DNA from: Gemmatimonadales bacterium
GTDB lineage: Bacteria; Gemmatimonadota; Gemmatimonadetes; Gemmatimonadales; GWC2-71-9
Direction of reading: 5' to 3'
Length of the DNA: 64,000 nt
Assembly: GCA_039915685.1 (NCBI GenBank)
Contig: JBDSMU010000009.1
Coordinates: forward strand, 406-64,405
The position numbers were made by a program, and so were the translations under genes. The stretch's first letter is position 1. The number at the start of each line of letters is the position of its first letter. Below the pieces are notes generated by a model. It did not search any database, had not been told where the DNA came from, and saw only the letters and a program-made list of their open reading frames with translations. Below, piece after piece: positions 18,279 to 28,274 of the stretch.

Positions 18279-20498
18279 TCAGGCCGTAGAGCGGCCGACC
18301 AGTGCATCGATGCGTGCAGTGAGCGCGCGGGGTCGGAATGGCTTGGTGAGAAAGTCGTTCGCACCGAGACCAAGTACGCGCACCTCGTTGTCCTCGTCAC
18401 CCCGGGCCGTCAAGACGATGACCGGAAGATCTCGGGTGTGCGGCCGCGAGCGAAGCTGGGCGAGCACCGTGTAGCCGTCGACATTCGGCAGGTTGAGGTC
18501 GAGGAGCACCAGGTCGGGGGCGTGACGGTCAACCTGCTCCAGCGCCTCGCTGCCGTCGCGGGCCTCGTGGATCACGTACCCATCTTGCTCGAGCAGGTCT
18601 CGCATCACGCGCCGCAGTGTGTCCTCGTCCTCGACCAACAGGATCGTCCCCCGGCTTGCGGTGGCAACCGGGCCCGTGAACGAGCCATCGTCAAGCAGCT
18701 CGAGATCCGAGAGCAATGCCTCGCGCCGGGCGAGTTCGCCTCCGGCTGACCCCGCTCCCGTTCCGACCGGCACGATATCGGGCAGGGCAACGATTGGCAC
18801 CGCCGGGACGTCGGTGACTCGGAGCAATTCATCGATCGACGTGTGGCCGTCGAGCACGTGGCGTAGGCCACACTCGAAGAGCGTGAGCATCCCCGCCTCC
18901 CGCGCCGCCATGCCGATCTTCTCCGCCGTGGTGTTGGTTCCCACGAGGCGCTCGAGTTCCACCGACATCACGAGCGTCTCGACGATCGAGAAGCGGCCCC
19001 GGTACCCGGTCTGGGTGCACTGCCCGCACCCGACCGCTTGGTAGATTTCCGCGCCGCCAGGGATGAACGCCGCCAGTCGTGGCGGAAGGTCGGCATGGGG
19101 AACCAGCACGCGGCAATACGGACACAAACGCCGCATCAGGCGCTGCGCCACGATGCCACGCAACGCGGCGCCGATCTTGAACGCTTCCAGACCCATGTCG
19201 ACCAGTCGGGTGACAGTGTTCGGCGCGTCATTGGTGTGGAGGGTGGAAAGCACGAGGTGGCCGGTGAGCGAGGCTTGGACCGCCACTTGGGCCGTTTCCA
19301 GGTCCCGGATCTCGCCCACGAGCACGACGTCGGGGTCCTGTCGCAGTATCGATCGCAGCGCTGCCGCGAAGGTCAGGCCCTGACGATCGTTGGTCTGCAC
19401 CTGCACGATGTTCTGGCCCAGGCGGTACTCGACCGGGTCCTCGATCGTGACGATGTTGATGCCCTCGACCTGGATCTCGCGAATACACGCGTATAGCGAC
19501 GTCGTCTTCCCGGAGCCGGTGGGCCCTGTCACCAGGACGATGCCCTCCTTGTGCTGGAGGAGAGTTCGAATGATTTCCTGCTCCTCCGGGTAGAGCCCCA
19601 GCGACGGCAGCGCGAGCATTGTCGACTGGGTGTTCAGGATACGGATCACGACCTTTTCGCCGTGCGTCGCCGGAAGCGTCGATACGCGCAGGTCAACGGG
19701 ATTGCCGTTGACCGCCACACGGGACCGTCCATCCTGGGGCCGGAGGCGGTCTGCGATGTCGAGGCCGGACATGATCTTGATGCGCGAGATCAGCGGAATG
19801 CCCGCCTTTCGAGGGATCGTCATCGCCTGACGCAGCACGCCGTCTATTCGGTACCGCACAATCACCGCGGTCTCGGCCGATTCGATGTGGATGTCACTTG
19901 CCCGGCTCGTGATCCCGTCGGCAAGTAACACGTCGACCAGCTTCACGATCGGTCGAGAGCTCGCCTCGGCGGCGACAGCCTCAAGGTCGTGATCGTGGTC
20001 TGAATCGTCGATCTCGGTGATGTCAAACGTGCCCATTCCCTCGAGCAACTGGGCCACGTCGTCGGGTTGTCCGGCACCGTAGAGCTCGTCCAGCTTCCGA
20101 GCGATCGCGTTCGCCGACGCGAGCGCCATCCGCACCTCCCGCCCCGTCGCAAACGCGAGCGACTGCTCCGCACCGACGTCGTACGGACTCGCGGTGGCGA
20201 CCTCAAGCAGGCTGTCGGTCACGACGATCGGCACGCACTGATGCCGTCGAGCCAGCGCCTCCGGTAGTGCGTCGCGCGCCGCGTCGGTGGCCATCGACAG
20301 GTCGGCGACCGGCAAGCGGCAGCGCGCCGAGAGTGCGGACAGCAGCTCGGCCTCACCCATCACCTTGCTGTCAATCACCTTCTCCCAGAGCGAGGCCTGC
20401 CGATCTGAACCGGTGTTACGGAAACGCTCGATAGCGCCGTCGGGAAGCAGCGGCGTCAGGATCGTGACCAACCACTCATCGGTAAAGCTGGTAGGCAC
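18279..20498 (-). CDS. GspE/PilB-family secretion/pilus-assembly ATPase fused to a C-terminal response-regulator receiver domain
   Basis: T2SSE_N-like N-terminus. Walker A GPTGSGKTT, Walker B DPDVVLVGEIRD, His box TGHLVLSTLHTND, tetracysteine CPYC...CGQC. After a Gly/Ala linker comes a complete REC domain (ILLVEDED, LVLLDLNLPNVDG, VIVLTARG, FLTKPF). Confidence 0.9.
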   Translation of the reverse strand: MPTSFTDEWLVTILTPLLPDGAIERFRNTGSDRQASLWEKVIDSKVMGEAELLSALSARCRLPVADLSMATDAARDALPEALARRHQCVPIVVTDSLLEVATASPYDVGAEQSLAFATGREVRMALASANAIARKLDELYGAGQPDDVAQLLEGMGTFDITEIDDSDHDHDLEAVAAEASSRPIVKLVDVLLADGITSRASDIHIESAETAVIVRYRIDGVLRQAMTIPRKAGIPLISRIKIMSGLDIADRLRPQDGRSRVAVNGNPVDLRVSTLPATHGEKVVIRILNTQSTMLALPSLGLYPEEQEIIRTLLQHKEGIVLVTGPTGSGKTTSLYACIREIQVEGINIVTIEDPVEYRLGQNIVQVQTNDRQGLTFAAALRSILRQDPDVVLVGEIRDLETAQVAVQASLTGHLVLSTLHTNDAPNTVTRLVDMGLEAFKIGAALRGIVAQRLMRRLCPYCRVLVPHADLPPRLAAFIPGGAEIYQAVGCGQCTQTGYRGRFSIVETLVMSVELERLVGTNTTAEKIGMAAREAGMLTLFECGLRHVLDGHTSIDELLRVTDVPAVPIVALPDIVPVGTGAGSAGGELARREALLSDLELLDDGSFTGPVATASRGTILLVEDEDTLRRVMRDLLEQDGYVIHEARDGSEALEQVDRHAPDLVLLDLNLPNVDGYTVLAQLRSRPHTRDLPVIVLTARGDEDNEVRVLGLGANDFLTKPFRPRALTARIDALVGRSTA

Positions 20499-20569
20499 GT
20501 AACTTTCCTCGTCCTGCAGGGTTCAGGGGGCAACGGTGCGGTACGATCACTCAATCTAGCGTGGGAATC

Positions 20570-22573
20570 TCAGAGGATCGGCCACCAGTCGGGATGAATG
20601 TCGATCGTCAAGCCCACGGTTCCGCGCCGTAGCCCCACGCCGACATCCACCCGCAGAATCGGACCCCACGCATCAATACGAAGTCCTGCCACCGGCTCCA
20701 GCCGGCCGGAGGGCCGCCATGGAACGCCGTCCACCCCTCCGCCGGCGACCCCTGCGGCCACAAAGAGACCGACTGCGCTCGGTAGCACAACCTTTCGTGC
20801 GAACGGAAAGGGAGGGGTCGGGATCGTCGCGGAATGCGTCCAGGCCAGTTCACCCCAGGCAAACCGACGTCCCCCGATCGACCGGTGGGGAATCCCGGGG
20901 AGTGTCGCCCGCCCGCCCAGCACAAAGCTGCGATGCGGCGGAACGAACGTCGTCGCGGCACCGCCGCGAAGGCGAATCGAGAGTGTTGAAGGCCCACCCG
21001 GCGATACGACTTCGACACCGCCAGCGACCCGGCCCCAGCCCTCCCCTCCGGCGGAACCTTCAGCGGCCATCATCCATCGTGATCGCTCCCTGAACTGTCC
21101 CGACACATTCCCCCGCAGAACCGTATACGCCGGCCCACCCAGTGCCGGGTTCATTCGCGCGCTTCCCCCAAGCGATGAAAAGGCGGTCGCTATCGATCGT
21201 GGATGTTCGCGGGCGACCTCGAGTTTCGCCGTGAGCCCCGAGAAATCATGGTGCGCCGCGACGGCCGCACGATCCATCTGGACCCAGTCGAGGCGATCGT
21301 CACCAGCCACCAGCGTCCTGATCGAGTTGAGGGTGCCGCTTATCACCGACTCATCGGCGACGTCGCGAACGGCACGAGAAAGTTCGACGCCAACCACCGT
21401 GCCGCTCATGGCACGCGTCACATTCAACCCTCCGACCAGCCCCCGGTCGGAGGTCCCCGCACCGCCGCGGATAGCGATCGTCAAGCCGCCGGGGCCCGCG
21501 AGCGAGAAGGCCGGCGCCACTCGTACCCCCTGAACCCGGTTAACGCGCACTACTCCGCTCACGCCGTCGGCCGATGCACGCGCCGCGGGCAGGCCCGACA
21601 GGTGATCGCCGATGGCGCGAAGTGCATCGCGTCGCGCTGCCGCCACGTCCGCATCGGTCGGCGGCAGCGCGTCCAGCGCGGACGCGATGGGCATCGTCCA
21701 GGATGAGTCGGGGGCGGGACGTCTGAGCCCACCGATTGCCGGACCCGCAAAGCGGTTAGGAGGATGTCCGAGCCCGACCTGATACTCCTCAATGGTCCAG
21801 TCGGCCCGGAGCACTGTTCGAACCGGCAGGTCAAGCCAGGACGTTGCCCGACGGATGACGATTGCCTGCCGCCAGGGAAGCCACTGCGCGCGCTCCTGCA
21901 ACGCGGTCTCCAGCACGACGGTGATCGCCTCGACCGTCGGATCACGATACGCCGCAGCAGTGAATGTGAACCGGAACCGTACCAGACTGGCTCGGTCGAG
22001 GTCGAGATAGAGCGTGCCGACGGCGGCGGGCACTGCAGGATTCTCGGGACGCACGTCGATGGCGAGGACCCGCACCGCAGCTTCGCCGGTACCGAGGCGA
22101 AGGGTGTCGCCGACGGCGTAGCGGTATGTTGCCGCACCGGCCTGCGAGAGTGGGTGGGGCACATCTCGCACCTCGTCGCCGTCGCCAAGACGGATCGCGG
22201 CTCCGAAATCGTTGGTCACGATGCCAAGATGGTCCCGGTGATAGGACACCCGGTTCGGGAGGAACGTGGTGTCTCGCCACGCGGTGATCATCTGCTTGCT
22301 CCGGTTCGGGGCCTCCCCGTACACTTCGACCCTGAGTTCGTCGACCTTGATCACCCGTTCCACCGGATTGCCACCGTGACCGATCACCGACGAGAATCGC
22401 ACCACGCCATGCGCCTCGGCTCGCCAGCCGGCGAGCAGGGGATCGCCATCACGATCGGTGCGGGCAGCAATTGCCCGCCGCACGAGCGGCACCGAGTCGG
22501 CCGGCAGCCACTGCTGCGCACCGATCGGAGTACCGAGCAGGACGAAAGGGATCAACCACAACGTGGGTCGCAT
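20570..22573 (-). CDS. Large outer-membrane protein, Omp85/surface-antigen-like C-terminal barrel with an unrecognised N-terminal region
   Basis: Signal peptide MRPTLWLIPFVLLGTPIGAQQ. C-terminal FVLGGRATLPG motif and terminal strands (GLRIDAWGPILRVDVGVGL) resemble Omp85-family barrels. The assignment rests on motif resemblance only. Confidence 0.6.
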   Translation of the reverse strand: MRPTLWLIPFVLLGTPIGAQQWLPADSVPLVRRAIAARTDRDGDPLLAGWRAEAHGVVRFSSVIGHGGNPVERVIKVDELRVEVYGEAPNRSKQMITAWRDTTFLPNRVSYHRDHLGIVTNDFGAAIRLGDGDEVRDVPHPLSQAGAATYRYAVGDTLRLGTGEAAVRVLAIDVRPENPAVPAAVGTLYLDLDRASLVRFRFTFTAAAYRDPTVEAITVVLETALQERAQWLPWRQAIVIRRATSWLDLPVRTVLRADWTIEEYQVGLGHPPNRFAGPAIGGLRRPAPDSSWTMPIASALDALPPTDADVAAARRDALRAIGDHLSGLPAARASADGVSGVVRVNRVQGVRVAPAFSLAGPGGLTIAIRGGAGTSDRGLVGGLNVTRAMSGTVVGVELSRAVRDVADESVISGTLNSIRTLVAGDDRLDWVQMDRAAVAAHHDFSGLTAKLEVAREHPRSIATAFSSLGGSARMNPALGGPAYTVLRGNVSGQFRERSRWMMAAEGSAGGEGWGRVAGGVEVVSPGGPSTLSIRLRGGAATTFVPPHRSFVLGGRATLPGIPHRSIGGRRFAWGELAWTHSATIPTPPFPFARKVVLPSAVGLFVAAGVAGGGVDGVPWRPSGRLEPVAGLRIDAWGPILRVDVGVGLRRGTVGLTIDIHPDWWPIL

Positions 22574-22588
22574 CGACGCAAGATATTG

Positions 22589-23155
22589 ATGCTGGCCGGC
22601 GTACTGATGATTGCGGCCTGCAGCCGGAACTCATTCGGCGCCCCGGCCGTGGACCGTGCGGCAGCGATCAGATCGGGACCACCGATCCCAGTTGGGCAGG
22701 CATGGATGCTTGACCAGAGCGGCCCGTCCGCCACCGATACCACCGTGTGGTTCAATCCCGCGAAGGCGCGAACCGTCTTGCTCCGGCACGCACCGCCCGA
22801 CAACGCGGTGTACGCGATCGTTGACGTCCCCGCCGGCGCCGTGGCTCCCGCGGCCGGTGACAGCGCCTCGATCACCATCGAGCCAAACCCCGGGCGATAT
22901 GCGATCAGCATCTCGACCGCCGGGGCAATATCCGCCCCACTGGTCGTCACCTTCTCCTATGCCACGCATTTTCAGGCGCCAAGCGATGCCCTGGCCCGTT
23001 ATCCCTCGCCGACGCGGTTTGACCAGGCGATGGGGGCGGGAATGCTCGAGGGGGCGGGGATGATTCGCTTTCTGCCCACCACGCGTCCGGCTGCCGACCT
23101 GATGCAGTTCTCCGTGAGCGCACCCGGCACGTACGTATTGGCCGCCCCGAAGTGA
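22589..23155 (+). CDS. Hypothetical lipoprotein
   Basis: MLAGVLMIAACS lipobox. The track ORF (from 21764) is antisense to the previous gene upstream of this Met. The stop overlaps the trpE GTG start (GTGA). Confidence 0.55.
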   Translation: MLAGVLMIAACSRNSFGAPAVDRAAAIRSGPPIPVGQAWMLDQSGPSATDTTVWFNPAKARTVLLRHAPPDNAVYAIVDVPAGAVAPAAGDSASITIEPNPGRYAISISTAGAISAPLVVTFSYATHFQAPSDALARYPSPTRFDQAMGAGMLEGAGMIRFLPTTRPAADLMQFSVSAPGTYVLAAPK

Positions 23156-24633
23156 GCCCCGACATCGCCCGCTTCCGCGCGGCCGCCGCCGCGGGGTTCA
23201 CGCGCGTCCCGGTGACCCGTGAGGTGGTGCTCGACGCGGATACTCCGGTGAGCGCATTCGCCAAGGTGCACCGCGGCGAGTACGGCTTCCTCCTGGAATC
23301 GCTCGAGGGTGGGGAGCGTTGGGCGCGCTATTCGTTCCTCGCGACGGAACCGACTGACGTTTTTCGGTATCGTGACGATCGGGTCGAGCGCCTTCGCAAC
23401 GGTGCATGGATTGCCGCGGAGCAATCGATCCCGCCGTTGGAGCACTTGGGGCTCCTCACCCGTCACGATCGCGCCGAGCCCACTGTGGGTCTACCGCGGT
23501 TCACCGGCGGTGCCGTCGGGTTCTGGGGATACGACGTGGTCCGCAGCATCGAGTCGCTTCCTCACCCTCCCGCCGACGATCGTGGGCTGCCCGATGCCGT
23601 GGTGATGATGGTCGACACGCTGCTGGTGCTCGACCATCTCTTTCACCGTGCCGTCGTCGTTGCCAATGTTGCGGTGGATACAGACCTCGACGATGTCGAG
23701 CTCACTCGACGGGTTGTCGATGCCACGGCGCGTTGTGATGAGTGGGTCGCGCGTCTGCACGCACAGAGCGCACTCACGCCGCTCGTGGCGGCGGGGCAAC
23801 CCGACGCAAGCGGACCATCGCCATACGCCGACGCGAGCTTCCTCAGGGACGTGGCGCGGTGCCAGGAATACATCGCCGCGGGCGACGCCTTCCAGATCGT
23901 GCTGTCTCGGCGAATCGACGTTTCGCCCGCTCCTGAACCATTCCTCACCTACCGGTGGCTGCGGGCGCTCAATCCGGCGCCGTACTGTTACTTCCTCCGC
24001 GCTGGCGAGCTCACGATCGCTGGCGCATCCCCCGAAGTGCTGGTGCGCGTGGAAGGCGACGAGGTCACGGTGCGACCGATTGCGGGAACACGCCCTCGAG
24101 GCGAGACCCTTGCGCGTGACGAGGTGAACGAGGCTGAACTCCTCGCCGACCCGAAGGAACGGGCTGAACACCTGATGCTGCTCGATCTCGGGCGCAATGA
24201 TGTCGGGCGCGTCGCCGGGTATGGATCGGTGCGCGTTGTCGAGCAGATGGTGGTCGAACGGTACTCGCACGTGATGCACCTCGTGAGCGAGGTGCGAGGG
24301 ACGCTCCGCGACGGCCTCGACGCACTCGACGCGTTCGCGGCGGCGTTTCCGGCGGGCACCGTCAGTGGCGCACCCAAGGTGCGCGCGATGCAGATCATTG
24401 ACGAACTCGAGCCCACACGCCGCGGTCCATACGCCGGTGCGGTAGGGTACGTGGGGTACGGCGCGCGCACCATGGACACGGCGATTGCCATTCGAACCGT
24501 CGTCTTCAGCGGCGACAGGGCATCAATCCAGGCGGGCGCTGGCATCGTCACCGATTCCGTGCCGACGTTGGAGTTGGCGGAGACGGCCAGCAAGGCGGGC
24601 GCGGTATTGCGCGCACTCGGCATGGCGCGCTGA
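23152..24633 (+). CDS. trpE: Anthranilate synthase component I
   Basis: Chorismate-binding enzyme signatures (LESLEGGERWARYSF, GAVGFWGYD, TVRPIAGTRPRG, GTVSGAPKVRAMQII, RGPYAGAVGY, IQAGAGIV). Confidence 0.92.
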   Translation: MSPDIARFRAAAAAGFTRVPVTREVVLDADTPVSAFAKVHRGEYGFLLESLEGGERWARYSFLATEPTDVFRYRDDRVERLRNGAWIAAEQSIPPLEHLGLLTRHDRAEPTVGLPRFTGGAVGFWGYDVVRSIESLPHPPADDRGLPDAVVMMVDTLLVLDHLFHRAVVVANVAVDTDLDDVELTRRVVDATARCDEWVARLHAQSALTPLVAAGQPDASGPSPYADASFLRDVARCQEYIAAGDAFQIVLSRRIDVSPAPEPFLTYRWLRALNPAPYCYFLRAGELTIAGASPEVLVRVEGDEVTVRPIAGTRPRGETLARDEVNEAELLADPKERAEHLMLLDLGRNDVGRVAGYGSVRVVEQMVVERYSHVMHLVSEVRGTLRDGLDALDAFAAAFPAGTVSGAPKVRAMQIIDELEPTRRGPYAGAVGYVGYGARTMDTAIAIRTVVFSGDRASIQAGAGIVTDSVPTLELAETASKAGAVLRALGMAR

Positions 24634-24640
24634 CGCGCGC

Positions 24641-25213
24641 TCACTGTCCGAATCGATACTCGACACCGGCGTCGGCCAGCAACGCAAGGACCAGCCGGAC
24701 CGGCAACCCCATCACCCCGAAGAAGTCCCCCTCGATCCGATCGACGAGCGCCGCCCCCCATCCCTGGATGCCATAGCTGCCCGCCTTGTCCAGCGGCTCG
24801 CCCGTGGCCACGTATGCGCGAAGCCAGTCTGCGTCGGCGGTGCGGAACGTTACCTGGGTTTCGTCGGCCGCTTCGTGCTCTCGGCCATCGGCGATCAGGC
24901 AGATCGACGTGATCACCGTGTGCGTCCGACCCTGCAGCGTCATCAACATGCGCAGCGCGTCGGCGGCGTTGACCGGTTTCTCCAGGATTTGATCGTCAAG
25001 CACCACAATCGTGTCGGCACCGAGGACGTAGCGCCCTGGCACCGCGCGCGCCTTGTCGCGTGCCAGGCGTCGGGAATACGCTGCGGGTGCCTCGCGCGGG
25101 AGCGGAATCTCCTGCACGTCGGCTGGCTGCACGACGATGGGAAGGTGCAGCATCTCGAGGAGCTGCCTGCGTCGCGGTGACGCCGACGCGAGTACCAGCG
25201 TCGGCATCGTCAT
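24641..25213 (-). CDS. maf: Maf-family nucleoside triphosphate pyrophosphatase
   Basis: LVLASASPRRRQLLEML, GADTIV, and KAGSYGIQG motifs. Confidence 0.9.
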   Translation of the reverse strand: MTMPTLVLASASPRRRQLLEMLHLPIVVQPADVQEIPLPREAPAAYSRRLARDKARAVPGRYVLGADTIVVLDDQILEKPVNAADALRMLMTLQGRTHTVITSICLIADGREHEAADETQVTFRTADADWLRAYVATGEPLDKAGSYGIQGWGAALVDRIEGDFFGVMGLPVRLVLALLADAGVEYRFGQ

Positions 25214-25653
25214 GGATGGCGCTCCAGCAGCAATGTCACGGGACCGTCGTTCTCCAGCGCCACCCGCATGTCAGCGCCGAACACACCCGTCAGGACGGTG
25301 GTCCCGGTCGAGCCGAGCGCGGCGACGAAGTGTTCGTAGAGTGAAACCGCCATCGCAGGCGGTGCCGCGTCGAGGAATGACGGGCGGCGGCCCTTTCCGA
25401 CGTCTCCCATGAGCGTGAACTGTGACACCACGAGGATGTCGCCGCTCACCGCAGCAAGATCGAGGTTCATGCGTCCCTCCCCGTCGGCAAACAGGCGGAG
25501 ACCGATGATCTTCGAGGCCATCCAGTCCACAACCGCTACGGTGTCGTCGGGGGCAAACCCCGCGAGCAGCAGGTATCCGACCCCGATCGCGGCGTGATCC
25601 GCGCCCTCGATCCGCACGCTCGCGCGCCGGACACGCTGCAACACCACACGCAT
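25210..25653 (-). CDS. dtd: D-aminoacyl-tRNA deacylase
   Basis: MRVVLQRV start, SQFTL, and GxFGADM (GVFGADMRVAL) motifs. Overlaps the maf start by 4 nt. Confidence 0.92.
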   Translation of the reverse strand: MRVVLQRVRRASVRIEGADHAAIGVGYLLLAGFAPDDTVAVVDWMASKIIGLRLFADGEGRMNLDLAAVSGDILVVSQFTLMGDVGKGRRPSFLDAAPPAMAVSLYEHFVAALGSTGTTVLTGVFGADMRVALENDGPVTLLLERHP

Positions 25654-25790
25654 TGCCGGCCTCCCGATATGACGCTGGCGGACCCCGCCCGTGCGCGGTC
25701 AAGATACCCACAGCTCGATCCACCCCGGCGAGTTGACGCACCGTTGAGCCCTGCCCGATAACCTGATGCACCTCCAACCCCGAGTCGCCC

Positions 25791-26381
25791 ATGCCTGCCG
25801 GTTACCTGAGCGCCCTCCTTGCCATCGGGCTTGCCGCCCCCCTGCCCGCCCAGTGGAGTACATCGCTGGTCGTCGCGCGGACCGCCACCGCCGGATATCT
25901 CGCATCCGACGACGGGTCGGAGTTCCGACCGGGTTCGCCCCACGAGTACACCGTCACCATCGCCAGAGAGGCCCGCTCGTGGCGCCTCCGGGCCGGGGCA
26001 CGGGTTATCCGCGCGAGTCTCACCGTTTCCGATGGCGAGGTGTCGCTGACGACGCATGGACTGGTGCGCGGTAATGGCCTGGTAGCTGACGTCTCCCGAC
26101 GCGCGCTCGGGGACGGCGTCGCACCAACGCTGCGAGTGGGACTCGGCGGGGAACTGGTGCGGTGGACCGTCGCGGGGCTCGGCGACTCTCGGCATTGGGT
26201 GGTCGCGGCGACCGGTTCCCTCGAGGGATCGGTCGCCATCGGACGGCGGATGCGGGCGCTGGTGCGAGGTGAAGTCGTCGCCGGGCCTTCGATCTTTCAC
26301 GACGACGTCGCCACCGAAGGCTTCGTCCTGAAGCGCGCGATCCGCCACGGCATGGCGCTCGGCGTGTCGGTCACCCCGTGA
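25791..26381 (+). CDS. Hypothetical secreted protein, possibly a small beta-barrel
   Basis: Signal peptide ending AAPLPAQ with a beta-rich alternating pattern. No known motif. Confidence 0.5.
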   Translation: MPAGYLSALLAIGLAAPLPAQWSTSLVVARTATAGYLASDDGSEFRPGSPHEYTVTIAREARSWRLRAGARVIRASLTVSDGEVSLTTHGLVRGNGLVADVSRRALGDGVAPTLRVGLGGELVRWTVAGLGDSRHWVVAATGSLEGSVAIGRRMRALVRGEVVAGPSIFHDDVATEGFVLKRAIRHGMALGVSVTP

Positions 26382-26405
26382 CGAGCGTCGCGAGGTGCAG
26401 GCGAC

Positions 26406-28232
26406 CTACTCGACCGTTACCGACTTGGCGAGGTTGCGCGGCTGGTCGACGTTGCAACCGCGCCGAAGCGCGACGTAGTACGCGAACAACTGCAACGGGA
26501 TGATGGTCAGGATCGGCGTGAGCAGGTCGAGTGTCTCCGGCACGATGAACGTCGCCTCGGCCAACCGGGCGATCTCGTCATCGCCCTGATTGACGATGGC
26601 GATCACCTTGCCGCCGCGTGCCCGGACCTCCTGGATGTTCGACACGATCTTGGCGTGAACCGCGTCGCGGGGCGCCACCACGATCACCGGCATGTTCTCG
26701 TCGATCAGCGCAATTGGACCGTGCTTCATCTCCGCGGCCGGATATCCCTCCGCGTGCACGTAGGAAATTTCCTTGAGCTTGAGCGCCCCCTCAAGCGCGA
26801 CGGGGAAGTTCACGCCCCGACCCAGGTACAGGGCATTGGTGGCATCGGCGAACCGCTCGGCAAGCACTTCGACCTCTGCGGACCGGTCCAGGATGTCGCG
26901 GATCTGCGCCGGCAATTGCGAAAGTGCGTCGATATAGCGACGGCCCTCGATGGCCGTCATCGGGCCAAGCCGCGCAAACCGCAGGGTCACGAGCGCCAGC
27001 GCTGCGACCTGCGACGTGAATGCCTTCGTGCTCGCTACACCGATCTCGGGTCCGCAGCGCAAGTACAGCCCGCCGTCCACTTCGCGCGAAATCGACGACC
27101 CGACCACGTTGACCAGCCCGATGGTTCGCGCCCCGCGCGACTTGGCCTCGTGCAGTGCAGCCAGCGTATCGGCCGTCTCACCCGACTGCGAGATCGCGAT
27201 CACGAGCGTCCCTTCGGTCACGATCGGGTTGCGGTACCGGAACTCGGAGGCGTACTCGACCTCGGTCGGGATCCGGGCCAGCTCTTCCAGCATGTACTTC
27301 CCGATCAGCGCCGAGTGCCATGACGTGCCGCACGCGGTGATGATGATGCGATTGATGCTGCGGGCCTGCTCATCGGAGAGCTTCAGCCCGTACACCCGGA
27401 CGTTGCCGGTCTCCTCGAGCATGTGGCCGCGCATCGTGTTCTCGACGCTCTCAGGCTGCTCGAAGATCTCCTTCAGCATGAAGTGTTCGAAGCCGCCGCG
27501 CTCGATCGTCGCGAGGTCCCACTCGATCTGGTTGATCGGCTTGTCGATCTGCCGGGTGCTCAGCGTCCGGACCCGATAGCCGTCTCGGTTGAGGATCGCC
27601 ATCTCGCCATTGTCGAGATAGACCACCGAGCGGGTGTGCTCGAGGATCGCCGAGGGGTCCGACGCGATGAACCATTCATCCTCGCCAACACCGAGGATGA
27701 TCGGTGACCCGTTGCGAGCCGCCACCAGCGTGCCGGGTTCCTCGCTGCAGATCACCGCAATGCCGTAGGCGCCATCGACGTCGCGCAGCGCGGCCGCGAC
27801 GGCATCCTCGAGGTTCCCCTCGTAGAGCTCACCCACAAGGTGTGCGAGCACCTCGGTATCGGTTTCGGACGTGAATTCGTGCCCCCGGGCGATCAGCGTC
27901 TTCCGGATCGCGGTCGCGTTCTCCACGATGCCGTTGTGGATCAGCGCAATTCGCCCACTCTGATCGATATGCGGGTGCGCGTTGGGAGTGGTCGGGGCAC
28001 CATGGGTGGCCCAGCGGGTGTGGCCGATCCCAATCGTGCCTCCGGTTTCCGTCCCCTTCAACTCCTCCGCCAGCACGCTGAGCTTTCCGGCAGCCTTTCG
28101 GACGTCCAGCCCGTGCCCATTGAGGAGCGCGATGCCGGCCGAGTCATAGCCACGGTACTCCAGCCGCCGCAGGCCGTCCATGATGATCGGGGCAGCCTGC
28201 CGGGGTCCGACATATCCAACAATACCGCACAT
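26406..28232 (-). CDS. glmS: Glutamine--fructose-6-phosphate aminotransferase
   Basis: MCGIVGY N-terminal nucleophile, two SIS domains, C-terminal KSVTVE. Confidence 0.98.
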   Translation of the reverse strand: MCGIVGYVGPRQAAPIIMDGLRRLEYRGYDSAGIALLNGHGLDVRKAAGKLSVLAEELKGTETGGTIGIGHTRWATHGAPTTPNAHPHIDQSGRIALIHNGIVENATAIRKTLIARGHEFTSETDTEVLAHLVGELYEGNLEDAVAAALRDVDGAYGIAVICSEEPGTLVAARNGSPIILGVGEDEWFIASDPSAILEHTRSVVYLDNGEMAILNRDGYRVRTLSTRQIDKPINQIEWDLATIERGGFEHFMLKEIFEQPESVENTMRGHMLEETGNVRVYGLKLSDEQARSINRIIITACGTSWHSALIGKYMLEELARIPTEVEYASEFRYRNPIVTEGTLVIAISQSGETADTLAALHEAKSRGARTIGLVNVVGSSISREVDGGLYLRCGPEIGVASTKAFTSQVAALALVTLRFARLGPMTAIEGRRYIDALSQLPAQIRDILDRSAEVEVLAERFADATNALYLGRGVNFPVALEGALKLKEISYVHAEGYPAAEMKHGPIALIDENMPVIVVAPRDAVHAKIVSNIQEVRARGGKVIAIVNQGDDEIARLAEATFIVPETLDLLTPILTIIPLQLFAYYVALRRGCNVDQPRNLAKSVTVE

Positions 28233-28274
28233 AGCCGTCAGTTCCGTGTGAATTCCGTTAGAGCGCGCCGCCGC

